Shown: in pieces, positions 55,373 to 63,265 of the stretch
How the letters are laid out: each line of letters starts with the position of its first letter
Numbering within the stretch: position 1 is the first letter of the stretch
Translations under genes and position numbers: made by a program
Source of the DNA: Candidatus Onthoplasma sp.
Lineage (GTDB): Bacteria; Bacillota; Clostridia; Christensenellales; UBA1242
DNA: 64,000 nt
Assembly: GCA_045578345.1 (NCBI GenBank)
Contig: JAZNKB010000007.1
Location: forward strand, 85,150 to 149,149
Direction: 5' to 3'
Notes under the pieces: generated by a model
The model's input: the letters and a program-made list of their open reading frames with translations, nothing else
The model's database searches: none
What the model was told of the DNA's origin: nothing

Positions 55373-56650
55373 TTATTCAATTGGTGGAAGTTCTTCAGGC
55401 TCTTCGTTGTCATTGTCGTCATATTCAATGCCAACAACTTGAGAAACGTCGCCAAGCTTCTTTGCAATCTTTTTTGAAGACTTTGTTGCAAGTTCAATGG
55501 TTGAATTTGCTTCACCAAGTTTGTTTTGAGTTTTCAAAAGAAGTTGAACAAATTTTTCAAATTCTTGCTTGAATGTTGAAAGCACTTGCCACAATTCACT
55601 GCTTCGCTTTTCAATGTACAAAGTTTTAAATCCAAGTTGTAAACTATTTAAAAGAGCGGTTAATGTTGTTGGACCACAAACAACAATTTTAAATTGATTT
55701 TGAAGCGTGTCCATAAGTTCAATGTCACGAACAACTTCAGCATATAAACCCTCAATTGGAAGGAACATAACAGCAAAGTCGGTTGTTTCGGGAACATTTA
55801 TGTATTTTTCTTTAATTGATTTTGCTTCTTCCTTAATGCGCTTCATAAGTTGTTTTTGAGATTTATCAATTAAATCTTTATCTAAAGTTTCGCTTGCTTC
55901 AATAAGTTTATTATAGTCTTCAAGTGGGAACTTGCTGTCGATTGGAAGAAGAACTTCATGTCCATCTTTTCCTGGCATGATAACGGCAAAGTCAACACGT
56001 TCTTTGCTGTTTTTCTTAACTTGAACTTGAGCCATGTATTGATTTGGTGCAAGCATTTGTTCAAGAAGAGAAGAAAGCATAATTTCGCCCCATCCGCCAC
56101 GAACTTTAACATTAGATAAAACTTTTTTTATGTCGCCAACACCATTTGCAAGATTTCTCATTTCACCAATTCCAAGGTTTACACTCTCCAAACTTTGTTG
56201 AATTTTTGAGAAGCTGTCGTTTAGTCTTTGAGATAGAGAAGAGTTTAATTTTTCATCCACAGTTTCACGCATTTTTTCAAGTGCTTTTTCATTTTCTTGA
56301 CGAATGCTGTTTAATGACAACTTAACGTCAAAAGTAAGTTTCTCAATACGTTGTTCGTTTCGAATTGTTAACTCGTCAACACGTTTTGACATGCTTTCAA
56401 ATTCTTGCTTTTGAAGAATGCTGAGATTGTTGATTGTGTTTTGAGTGCTAACTTCTGTGTTTTTCATGGCTTGCATAAGCATATTGTTAAGCATTATATT
56501 TTGCTCTTTCTGATTTGCAACAATTTGTTTAATTTGTCCATCGTCAGATGAAATTCCGCCCAAACTTTTTTTCTTGTATAAAACAACAAATGTGATTGTT
56601 GTGATTAACCACACAGCGCCAAAAACGCTGCCTAAAATTATAAATTCCAT
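55373..56650 (-). CDS. rmuC: DNA recombination protein RmuC
   Basis: N-terminal TM, long coiled coil, RmuC nuclease-like core (VDFAVIMPG..LPIDSKFPLEDY). Start at MEFIILG behind AAAGGA. Confidence 0.88.
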   Translation of the reverse strand: MEFIILGSVFGAVWLITTITFVVLYKKKSLGGISSDDGQIKQIVANQKEQNIMLNNMLMQAMKNTEVSTQNTINNLSILQKQEFESMSKRVDELTIRNEQRIEKLTFDVKLSLNSIRQENEKALEKMRETVDEKLNSSLSQRLNDSFSKIQQSLESVNLGIGEMRNLANGVGDIKKVLSNVKVRGGWGEIMLSSLLEQMLAPNQYMAQVQVKKNSKERVDFAVIMPGKDGHEVLLPIDSKFPLEDYNKLIEASETLDKDLIDKSQKQLMKRIKEEAKSIKEKYINVPETTDFAVMFLPIEGLYAEVVRDIELMDTLQNQFKIVVCGPTTLTALLNSLQLGFKTLYIEKRSSELWQVLSTFKQEFEKFVQLLLKTQNKLGEANSTIELATKSSKKIAKKLGDVSQVVGIEYDDNDNEEPEELPPIE

Positions 56651-56672
56651 ATTTATTCCTTTTAATATAAAT

Positions 56673-56701
56673 ATTGTAAAAAAATGTAACAAAATTGTCA
56701 A
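56673..56701 (-). promoter_or_regulatory. sigma-A type promoter for rmuC
   Basis: Minus strand: TTGACA, 17-nt spacer, TACAAT. Confidence 0.7.
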
Positions 56702-56724
56702 GAAGATTTGTGGAGTGTCAATCT

Positions 56725-56752
56725 GCAAAAAAAACAACGATTGCTCGTTGTT
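56725..56752 (-). terminator. intrinsic terminator (minus strand)
   Basis: Minus strand: AACAACGA-gcaa-TCGTTGTT followed by T8, directly after the stop codon. Confidence 0.85.
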
Positions 56753-58645
56753 TTAGTTAAAAGTTGTTGGGGTGATTGTTGAGTTGACTGTTATTGTTGC
56801 TCCATCTGGAATTGCAATACGCTCAATTTTTTCAACTCTTGGAGTTGCCAATTCATATAACACAATCATATTGTGTGTAGACAAAATTGATTTCCATTCT
56901 TGCAAAGTATAGCTTTGTGCAACAAAACAATCTATTGAATGGTTGGTTGTTGTTCCAGTTATTCTAATTTGACCAGTAGACCCATATGGCAACAAAGAAG
57001 AGATAACTTTTAATGTATGAGCCTTATCAGATATGGCTGTATAATAACTACCTGAACCATACCATTTTTCAGTTCCATTCAAGACTTTTTGCCCAACATG
57101 TCGAACAACTTTGCCAGTTTCAAGATCAAGATAATCCATCACGTCACCAACTTTTCTTAATGGTTCATCAAGATAAACATATTGTATTCCAATATATGGT
57201 TCATATATTCCTGATGTTTTACCTAATTCAATTTGAAAGTTTGTGCTTGTTTCTCCCCATAAACCCCACATCACATAATGAATATCTTGTGTTATTGTAA
57301 CAGTTTCAACATATCTATCGCCCACTAAGTTGTCAATTTTCCAATAATTAATGCGTTCTTGATTTTCATTATAAACAGCAACTCTTCCTTGGCTAGAAGT
57401 GTCTGATGAAAATGTCAATATTGTTCCTTGTGGAATAAACAAAGGATATAAAACTGTTTCTGTGCCACCATACAAGTTTTTCCCCTGAATATTTACTGGA
57501 ATTTTATAACCATAAGGCTCAAATTCAGTTGCTATATCGCTTTCTTCTAGTTGAATGTTAGAGATTTTGAAGTTGGCGTTTCCCACATTTGACATACATA
57601 AAAATCTAAATGAAAGATATAGCCCATTTGCTTCGTTTGGCACAACAAACGTTGTAACCATTTTTCCTTTCATAATAGAACTATCATAAGTTTTATTCAC
57701 AATATCGGCTGTGTAAGTATTTAATTCTCCATACCCAACCGCTAAGAAATAATTAGAACCATAATCGCTTATGTTAGCAATATCGTAATCAAAAGATAGT
57801 GTATAAGTTTTTCCATCGACAAGTTTAAATTCGGTATATGTGTTTCTACTTCTCATTGCAATTAATTCGAAATCTAAAGTGCCCACATTAATTAAATTCT
57901 TTGTTCTCTCGCCAACACTTTGAATTTCAACTGGGTTGGTTGGGCTTGGTGTACCTTTTGATGTGTCTTGAATTGAATTTCCATAAATTTTTGTTGAACT
58001 ATATTCAAAATTTTCCATCAAGACATTTGTTGCAACTTTGGCAGACTCTTCTTCAGTTGCTGCCAAATTTCCTGTTTGGAGTGCGTGTGCACGAACTTTG
58101 TAGGTTGCAGTTGCTTGGTTATATTCATTTCCATATTCATTGCCAGTAAATGTATATGTAAGGTTGAAATTTCTTGTTCCGTCTTTTAAGATTATTCCGG
58201 CTTGAGTTGAATAGTTGTTTGGATTGCCATGAATTTCTTTTTTGGTGTAAGTTGTTCCATCTTCACTATTTTCAAAAGTGTAATATTCTTTCACATGAGT
58301 TTCTGAAAAGGCATCATTTATCTTTTTAATTTCTAGAGAAAATTCAATAATTACATAACAAGAAGTTGAGCCTGAATTTACAAGAGTTCCATTGATATTT
58401 AAAGTGTCGCCTGGAACTAATTTTTGAATTTTGCCTTCTTCCGTTTCAGAAGTTACACGAGAAATGGAATCGCTAACATTATTCAATGAGATTTTAATTA
58501 TGGCAGTGTTTGTTGTTGATTCTTTTTTCGTGGCTGTTGCGGTGAAATATGCATACGTTGCGTTCATGGAAATAAAAAACAAGAGGAAAGGTATGATTAT
58601 CCCCAAAAGAATCGTATGCCTATCTAATCTATTATATTTTTTCAA
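56753..58645 (-). CDS. TasA/camelysin-type (SipW-dependent signal) protein fused to a ~400-aa phage-fibre-like C-terminal region
   Basis: N-terminus ..NATYAYFTATATKK and LVPGDTLNINGTLVNSGS match the TasA/CalY family. Downstream motifs TPSPTNPVEIQSVG..KNL, EPYGYKIPV, YEPYIG..LRKVGDVMDYLD recur in phage receptor-binding proteins (from memory). TTG start. Confidence 0.65.
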   Translation of the reverse strand: MKKYNRLDRHTILLGIIIPFLLFFISMNATYAYFTATATKKESTTNTAIIKISLNNVSDSISRVTSETEEGKIQKLVPGDTLNINGTLVNSGSTSCYVIIEFSLEIKKINDAFSETHVKEYYTFENSEDGTTYTKKEIHGNPNNYSTQAGIILKDGTRNFNLTYTFTGNEYGNEYNQATATYKVRAHALQTGNLAATEEESAKVATNVLMENFEYSSTKIYGNSIQDTSKGTPSPTNPVEIQSVGERTKNLINVGTLDFELIAMRSRNTYTEFKLVDGKTYTLSFDYDIANISDYGSNYFLAVGYGELNTYTADIVNKTYDSSIMKGKMVTTFVVPNEANGLYLSFRFLCMSNVGNANFKISNIQLEESDIATEFEPYGYKIPVNIQGKNLYGGTETVLYPLFIPQGTILTFSSDTSSQGRVAVYNENQERINYWKIDNLVGDRYVETVTITQDIHYVMWGLWGETSTNFQIELGKTSGIYEPYIGIQYVYLDEPLRKVGDVMDYLDLETGKVVRHVGQKVLNGTEKWYGSGSYYTAISDKAHTLKVISSLLPYGSTGQIRITGTTTNHSIDCFVAQSYTLQEWKSILSTHNMIVLYELATPRVEKIERIAIPDGATITVNSTITPTTFN

Positions 58646-58887
58646 ACTGCCACCTAAAAATTTTTTTACCCTAAATTAAGAATAATAAAATAGTCGAAAT
58701 AAGTCAAATAAATTTCTAAAAAATGTTTTAAAAAATTAAAAAACAATAAAATATCGAAAAAAAGAAAATGAATTTTTAATTTTAAAATCCATTGTTTTAC
58801 AAGCCTAAAACATCAAATTTAAAGATTGATTTTTGTATTAATTAAATTTGTAAATAAAAATTTTTAATTAAATTTGTTTCAAAAATA

Positions 58888-58916
58888 TTGCAAAATTTTT
58901 CTAATATGGGTATACT
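58888..58916 (+). promoter_or_regulatory. sigma-A type promoter placed for a leaderless transcript
   Basis: TTGCAA (58888-58893), 17-nt spacer, TATACT (58911-58916). The ATG follows 6 nt later, with no SD. Confidence 0.6.
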
Positions 58917-58922
58917 AATATC

Positions 58923-59792
58923 ATGCTAAACATAATTGTGGCGCCAAATGATTATAATTCAGTTGCAGAACGTCACACAAAACGTATTGTTAAATATTTA
59001 AAAAGTGAACAGGTGGAATATTCTGTTTATTTTTCCTTAAATTTTGACCAAATTAAAGAAAATATGAAACAACTTTTGAATTATGGTGAAAATGAATTTG
59101 TTGTTGTTGGCGATGATGTTGTTCTTAGCACAGTAATGTCGTGCGTGAAAGACCTTAACAAAGTTAAAATTGGAATTGTTCCAACCAGCAAACATGACGA
59201 TTTTTCGAGTTACCTTGGAATTAGTCCAAACCCAATTCAAGCAATTAAAGATATCTTATTGAAAAATGTGGAAAGTGTGGATATCTTAGTTGTTAACGAT
59301 ATGACAGTTTTAAACAACATTATAATTGGTGCAAGTGTTGAAGTTTTCCATCAGTTCAGTCAATATAAAATGAAAAATTTCATAAGTGAAAAAGTTGCAG
59401 TTTCCAAATATGGAAGTAATTTCTCGGGTGTTGAATTAACACTAGAATCAAAAAATAAAGCAAAAAAAGAAACGATTTTTGAACTCGTTATTGCAAACGG
59501 CGGTTTTTCTAAAGGCAAACCTGTCGGTCCGCTCAGTAATTTGCAAGATGGTTTATTTAATGTAACTTATTCAACAACAACAAACTCAGTTGGAAAGAAA
59601 AAATATATTAAAATGTTCAACAAAGGTGAACATATCTATAATGAAGATACAAAGCAACATTGGATGAATCAACTTAAAATCACAAATCCAGACAAAAAAA
59701 TCAAAGCTCTCATTGACGGAAAAATTCACAATCTTGAACAACTTAACATCTCAATCATTGAAAATGGTTTGAAGATTTACAAAAAGTCATAA
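58923..59792 (+). CDS. DAGK_cat / YegS-family lipid-kinase-like protein with a degenerate glycine motif
   Basis: Overall diacylglycerol-kinase catalytic-domain pattern, but GGDGT reads VGDDV and GTxNDFA reads TSKHDDFS. Confidence 0.65.
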   Translation: MLNIIVAPNDYNSVAERHTKRIVKYLKSEQVEYSVYFSLNFDQIKENMKQLLNYGENEFVVVGDDVVLSTVMSCVKDLNKVKIGIVPTSKHDDFSSYLGISPNPIQAIKDILLKNVESVDILVVNDMTVLNNIIIGASVEVFHQFSQYKMKNFISEKVAVSKYGSNFSGVELTLESKNKAKKETIFELVIANGGFSKGKPVGPLSNLQDGLFNVTYSTTTNSVGKKKYIKMFNKGEHIYNEDTKQHWMNQLKITNPDKKIKALIDGKIHNLEQLNISIIENGLKIYKKS

Positions 59793-59819
59793 AAAGAACG
59801 AAAACTTTCGTTCTTTTTT
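59791..59819 (+). terminator. intrinsic terminator
   Basis: GAACGAAA-ac-TTTCGTTC followed by T6. Confidence 0.85.
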
Positions 59820-59917
59820 CATTATGCTTTTTAAAGTGATTAAGCAAAGCAAAAAACAGCAAGCAATCAAATTCCAAAGTTGACTTTAAATAATCATGAT
59901 TACAAAAGTAATCAAGT

Positions 59918-60235
59918 CTATTTGTTTGCTTCGTTGAGCATTTTGATAAATGTTGAAACAGAAGGAACGTTCTGAGGTTCTAAATTTAAAATGTCATCAA
60001 TCAGTTTTTGCTTTTCTTCTGGCAACATTTTCTTGTCAATAATGTTTTTGTCATCAAGTCCTGCCAAAGTTTCCAGGCTGCAGTTTAAAAATTCCGCCAT
60101 TTTAACAAAAGTGTCTAAAGGTGGTTGATGAGTTCCTTTTTCATACGTTCTTATTGTATTGGTTGTTATGTTACAATAGTCTGCGAGTTGCTGTTTAGTT
60201 TTCTTTAATGTTTGTAATAAATGTTTAATTTTCAT
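59918..60235 (-). CDS. XRE-family HTH transcriptional regulator
   Basis: LKKTKQQLADYCNITTNTIRTYEKGTHQPPLDTFVKMAEFLNCSLETL. Start moved to MKIKHLL. Confidence 0.8.
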   Translation of the reverse strand: MKIKHLLQTLKKTKQQLADYCNITTNTIRTYEKGTHQPPLDTFVKMAEFLNCSLETLAGLDDKNIIDKKMLPEEKQKLIDDILNLEPQNVPSVSTFIKMLNEANK

Positions 60236-60338
60236 AATAAATCCTATTACAATTATAAAAACGCTAAACATTTTCGACATTTTTATATAAAAAGTTGTTT
60301 TAACACTAAACTTTTATAGCGTTTTTACTTGACATGTA

Positions 60339-60368
60339 TTGACATATGCTATAAATCTTTAGTAAAAT
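60339..60368 (+). promoter_or_regulatory. candidate promoter (two overlapping TTGACA hexamers)
   Basis: TTGACA at 60329 and at 60339. The second, with an 18-nt spacer, reaches TAAAAT (60363-60368). Confidence 0.45.
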
Positions 60369-60415
60369 TTCTATGTAAATGCAGGATAACATAAAAATAT
60401 TTAGCATTTTCAATA

Positions 60416-60529
60416 CAAAACAATCAAATAAAAAGGAGAAAATTATATACGAAGCAAGTTCGATATAGTTAAACCTTTTTATCGCTTGTCTTTGCAAGCA
60501 AAACAATCAAATAAAAAGGAGAAAATTAT
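60416..60529 (+). repeat. copy E2 of the SD-duplicating two-hairpin repeat
   Basis: 31-nt CAAAACAATCAAATAAAAAGGAGAAAATTAT occurs at 60416-60446 and 60499-60529 (period 83 nt). Hairpins at 60444-60467 and 60484-60499. Confidence 0.85.
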
Positions 60530-60803
60530 GAAAGAAGTAAAATTGTTTACAGAAGAAGAAAAAGAAAAATTAAAAGAGAGAATTAAAGATTTTGAAAATG
60601 TTGAGTCATATCAGATGATGAAAATTCGATTTATGTCAGAACTAAACAGAATAGATAAAGCAATTGTTTTTGCAAAAGGTGAGCAAGTTGAAGAATTAAA
60701 AGAGTGTGCAGAAAAGCATATTAAACAACTTGAAAATTACAGAAAAGACCTTATCGATTGTTTGGGGTTCATTTTTGGGTATAAGGATGAACAATATTGT
60801 TAA
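60528..60803 (+). CDS. small coiled-coil protein (91 aa)
   Basis: The ATG lies behind AAAGGAG of the second repeat arm. Divergent from the XRE gene. Confidence 0.55.
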   Translation: MKEVKLFTEEEKEKLKERIKDFENVESYQMMKIRFMSELNRIDKAIVFAKGEQVEELKECAEKHIKQLENYRKDLIDCLGFIFGYKDEQYC

Positions 60804-60844
60804 AGATATAAATTTAAATAAATTTAAAAATTTTTTAATTTGTG

Positions 60845-60873
60845 TTGACAAACTCGTTTTGATGTGTTATTAT
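60845..60873 (+). promoter_or_regulatory. sigma-A type promoter with extended -10
   Basis: TTGACA (60845-60850), 17-nt spacer ending in TGt, TATTAT (60868-60873). Confidence 0.6.
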
Positions 60874-60879
60874 ACTTGC

Positions 60880-60901
60880 ACACCGAAGCGGGTGTTTTTT
60901 T
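60880..60901 (+). terminator. terminator-like hairpin directly after the promoter
   Basis: ACACC-gaagcg-GGTGT followed by T7. Confidence 0.55.
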
Positions 60902-61019
60902 AACGAGCGTTTGAAAAAATGTAAGTTAACAAGACATATAGTTTCACGTTGTCTTATTAACTAGCAGATCATTTTGTTCTAAAACATCCAAAATGTAATG
61001 GTAAAAAGGAGAATAAATT

Positions 61020-61193
61020 ATGGCAGGAAAGAAAGCTAAATCTAAAAGAGAAAAAATCGTTTTAGAATGTACTGAATGTAAATCAAGAAATTACAGCACA
61101 ACTAAAAACAAGGCAAACGACCCAGAAAGAAAGGAACTCAACAAATATTGCCCTAAGTGCAAGAAAACAACAGCACACAAAGAAACAAAATAG
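61020..61193 (+). CDS. rpmG: 50S ribosomal protein L33
   Basis: Hand translation: [57 protein letters not shown] (57 aa, below the ORF-track cutoff). RBS AAAGGAG. Confidence 0.9.
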   Translation: MAGKKAKSKREKIVLECTECKSRNYSTTKNKANDPERKELNKYCPKCKKTTAHKETK

Positions 61194-61201
61194 AGGTGAA
61201 T

Positions 61202-61501
61202 ATGTCTAATAACAATCAAACTTCCACAAATGAAGTAGAAGTGAAGGCAAACAACAAAGTTGTTGAAGTTAAAGCCAAAGATGCGACAAAAGACAAAAAG
61301 AAAAAAGAAAAAGTTAAAAAACCAAACAAAGTTGCAAAAGCTTTGAAAAATACTGGTAATGAACTTAAAAAAGTTACTTGGCCAGGTTTCAAACAGGTTG
61401 TTAAGCAAACAGGAATTGTTCTTGCGTTCGTGTTAGTTTTTGCAGTTGTTATTTTTGGTTTTGAAAGACTTTGCGCTTGGCTTACTGGTCTTTTGATCTA
61501 G
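61202..61501 (+). CDS. secE: preprotein translocase subunit SecE
   Basis: K-rich N-terminus, ELKKVTWPGFKQVVKQT, single C-terminal TM. The ATG lies behind GAGGTG. Confidence 0.85.
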   Translation: MSNNNQTSTNEVEVKANNKVVEVKAKDATKDKKKKEKVKKPNKVAKALKNTGNELKKVTWPGFKQVVKQTGIVLAFVLVFAVVIFGFERLCAWLTGLLI

Positions 61502-61516
61502 AATAAAGGAGAAAAT

Positions 61517-62077
61517 ATGGCTATTGTAGATAAAAATATCGATAAAGAACCTAAATGGTATGTGTTGCACGTTTTCTCTGGATATGAAAACATTGCAAAA
61601 CAAAATCTTGAAATTACAATCGACAAATACAATCTTCAAGACAGAATTTTCCAAATTGTAATTCCAATGGAAGATGAACTTGTTGAGAAACGTGGCAAAA
61701 AAGTTCTTGTTCCAAAGAAAACAATGCCAGGTTATATGTTGGTTAAGATGATGTATGGTGATGACATTTGGCACGCTGTAACACGTACTCAATATATCAC
61801 TGGTTTCGTTGGACCTAAGGGTAGACCAATTTGTATCACTGATGACGAAGCAAGAAAAATGGGCGTTGATGGTGGAAATGTTGTTGAAGCAAAACTCGAC
61901 ATTGAAGTTAACGTTGGTGATATGGTTGAAATTATTGAAGGCTCTTTGGCAAGTTTTGTTGGAACTGTTAAAGCGGTTGACAATGAAAACAAAAAAGTTA
62001 CTTGCGCTGTTGAAATGTTTGGTAGAGAGAGTGAAGTTGAACTTTCATTCAGTCAAATCAGATTAAGCAATAACTAA
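61517..62077 (+). CDS. nusG: transcription termination/antitermination factor NusG
   Basis: KWYVLHVFSGYE NGN domain and KOW motif GDMVEIIEGSLASFVGTV. Confidence 0.95.
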   Translation: MAIVDKNIDKEPKWYVLHVFSGYENIAKQNLEITIDKYNLQDRIFQIVIPMEDELVEKRGKKVLVPKKTMPGYMLVKMMYGDDIWHAVTRTQYITGFVGPKGRPICITDDEARKMGVDGGNVVEAKLDIEVNVGDMVEIIEGSLASFVGTVKAVDNENKKVTCAVEMFGRESEVELSFSQIRLSNN

Positions 62078-62082
62078 GCATA

Positions 62083-62110
62083 TTGACAAATCCTAATTTT
62101 GTGATATAAT
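62083..62110 (+). promoter_or_regulatory. sigma-A type promoter with extended -10, immediately after nusG
   Basis: TTGACA (62083-62088), 16-nt spacer ending in TGa, TATAAT (62105-62110). Confidence 0.7.
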
Positions 62111-62129
62111 TAAGCAACTTGGAGGAAAT

Positions 62130-62495
62130 ATGCAATATTTTATAATGCCATTAAACTGCAGAGATAAACATTATGATTTTGACATGGTTGTTGTAAAAGA
62201 CAAAGATTGGATAAAATTTGCAAAATCAGTTTTGTTGGCAAGAACAGATGGTGTGAGTAGTGTTTCATTAATAGGCTTTAAAGTTATAATAAGAGATAAT
62301 ATTGCAAGGTTTAAGTTGTTTTGGCAAGACGTTGCTTATCACGAATTGGAATTTCGTTTAGATCCGTTTGGAAGAGATAGTAAGAATTATAGTGATTTAA
62401 TTTCTGAAATTTGGCAAAACATAATGTCTGATTATTATGGTCACAAAGGTTATGATATTGCTCTTGAAAGAAAAATGAATAATTATAACATTTAA
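62130..62495 (+). CDS. hypothetical protein (121 aa)
   Basis: ORF track. RBS GGAGGA. No family recognised. Confidence 0.55.
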   Translation: MQYFIMPLNCRDKHYDFDMVVVKDKDWIKFAKSVLLARTDGVSSVSLIGFKVIIRDNIARFKLFWQDVAYHELEFRLDPFGRDSKNYSDLISEIWQNIMSDYYGHKGYDIALERKMNNYNI

Positions 62496-62512
62496 CTTAT
62501 TAAGGAGGTTTT

Positions 62513-62899
62513 ATGAACAAGAAAGAAGTGTTCACAGAATTAAAAAATTCACAAGTGATGGAATTTTTGAAAAATTTTGACAACGAATGCGGATTAAATA
62601 TTGAAACTAGAGATGTGAGAATCTCAAGAGAATTGGAGCATGTTGTACATGTTAGTATTGTTGGTTCTCCAGAATATGATTCAGAAGGAAAATTGGAAAG
62701 ATATAGATTTGATATGAGTTGTAAATTTTATGATGATGGTAGACTTTCTATTAGTTATCTTGCTAGCGACATTGGAACTTTTAAATATTTCAAACCCGGA
62801 ATGGAAGAAGCTTACAAAGAATTGCTTTTAACAGTTTTAACAGGTGAAAAACTTGAAGAATTTAAATCAAAACAAGAAGCAGATGTAAATTCAATATAG
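62513..62899 (+). CDS. hypothetical protein (128 aa)
   Basis: ORF track. RBS AAGGAGG. No family recognised. Confidence 0.55.
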   Translation: MNKKEVFTELKNSQVMEFLKNFDNECGLNIETRDVRISRELEHVVHVSIVGSPEYDSEGKLERYRFDMSCKFYDDGRLSISYLASDIGTFKYFKPGMEEAYKELLLTVLTGEKLEEFKSKQEADVNSI

Positions 62900-62904
62900 A
62901 AAAT

Positions 62905-62995
62905 AGGAAACTATATTGAAAACAAGTTTCAATATTATATACTTTTTAAATTGCTTATCATTTGTAAGCAAAATTATCAATTAAAAAGGAAACTA
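62905..62995 (+). repeat. copy E3 of the two-hairpin repeat (not followed by a start codon)
   Basis: AGGAAACTA occurs at 62905-62913 and 62987-62995 (period 82 nt). Hairpins ATATTGAAA-acaag-TTTCAATAT (62913-62935) and TTGCTTA-7nt-TAAGCAA (62951-62971). Confidence 0.75.
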
Positions 62996-63265
62996 ATCAG
63001 CCTTTAAAGAGAGAGAAAACTTTTGTGGGAGAATTACTAATTCAGTAACACCACACCATAGCGGAAAAATATGTTATTCGCAAGCTCATAAACATATAAT
63101 TCATCTCATTGATTTATTTGTTGGAATATGTCAACGCACTAGTGCGTTTTAAAACAATTCCTTCAAATGTGTCTTCAAATAAATTTGAATTCAAATTGAG
63201 AGAATTGTTTGTGGCGAGTTCTCGCCTTGACATAATTTCCAAAAATAAGTAAAAGGAGAAAAATT

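Noticed and set aside
59825-59875. Possible fourth, degenerate copy of the two-hairpin repeat (TGCTT...AAGCA followed by GCAAGCAATCAAAT)
   Set aside because: Only the ~14-nt tail and a weak 5-bp stem match. There is no hairpin 1 and no duplicated arm. Too little to call without a model-based search.
60706-60903. 65-aa plus-strand ORF
   Set aside because: It overlaps the end of the 60528 ORF in another frame and runs through a promoter and terminator hairpin. No RBS.
63230-63262. TTGACA-17-TAAAAG promoter-like string just before rplK
   Set aside because: The -10 would overlap the rplK SD, so transcripts would lack a ribosome-binding site. More likely a chance match in AT-rich DNA.
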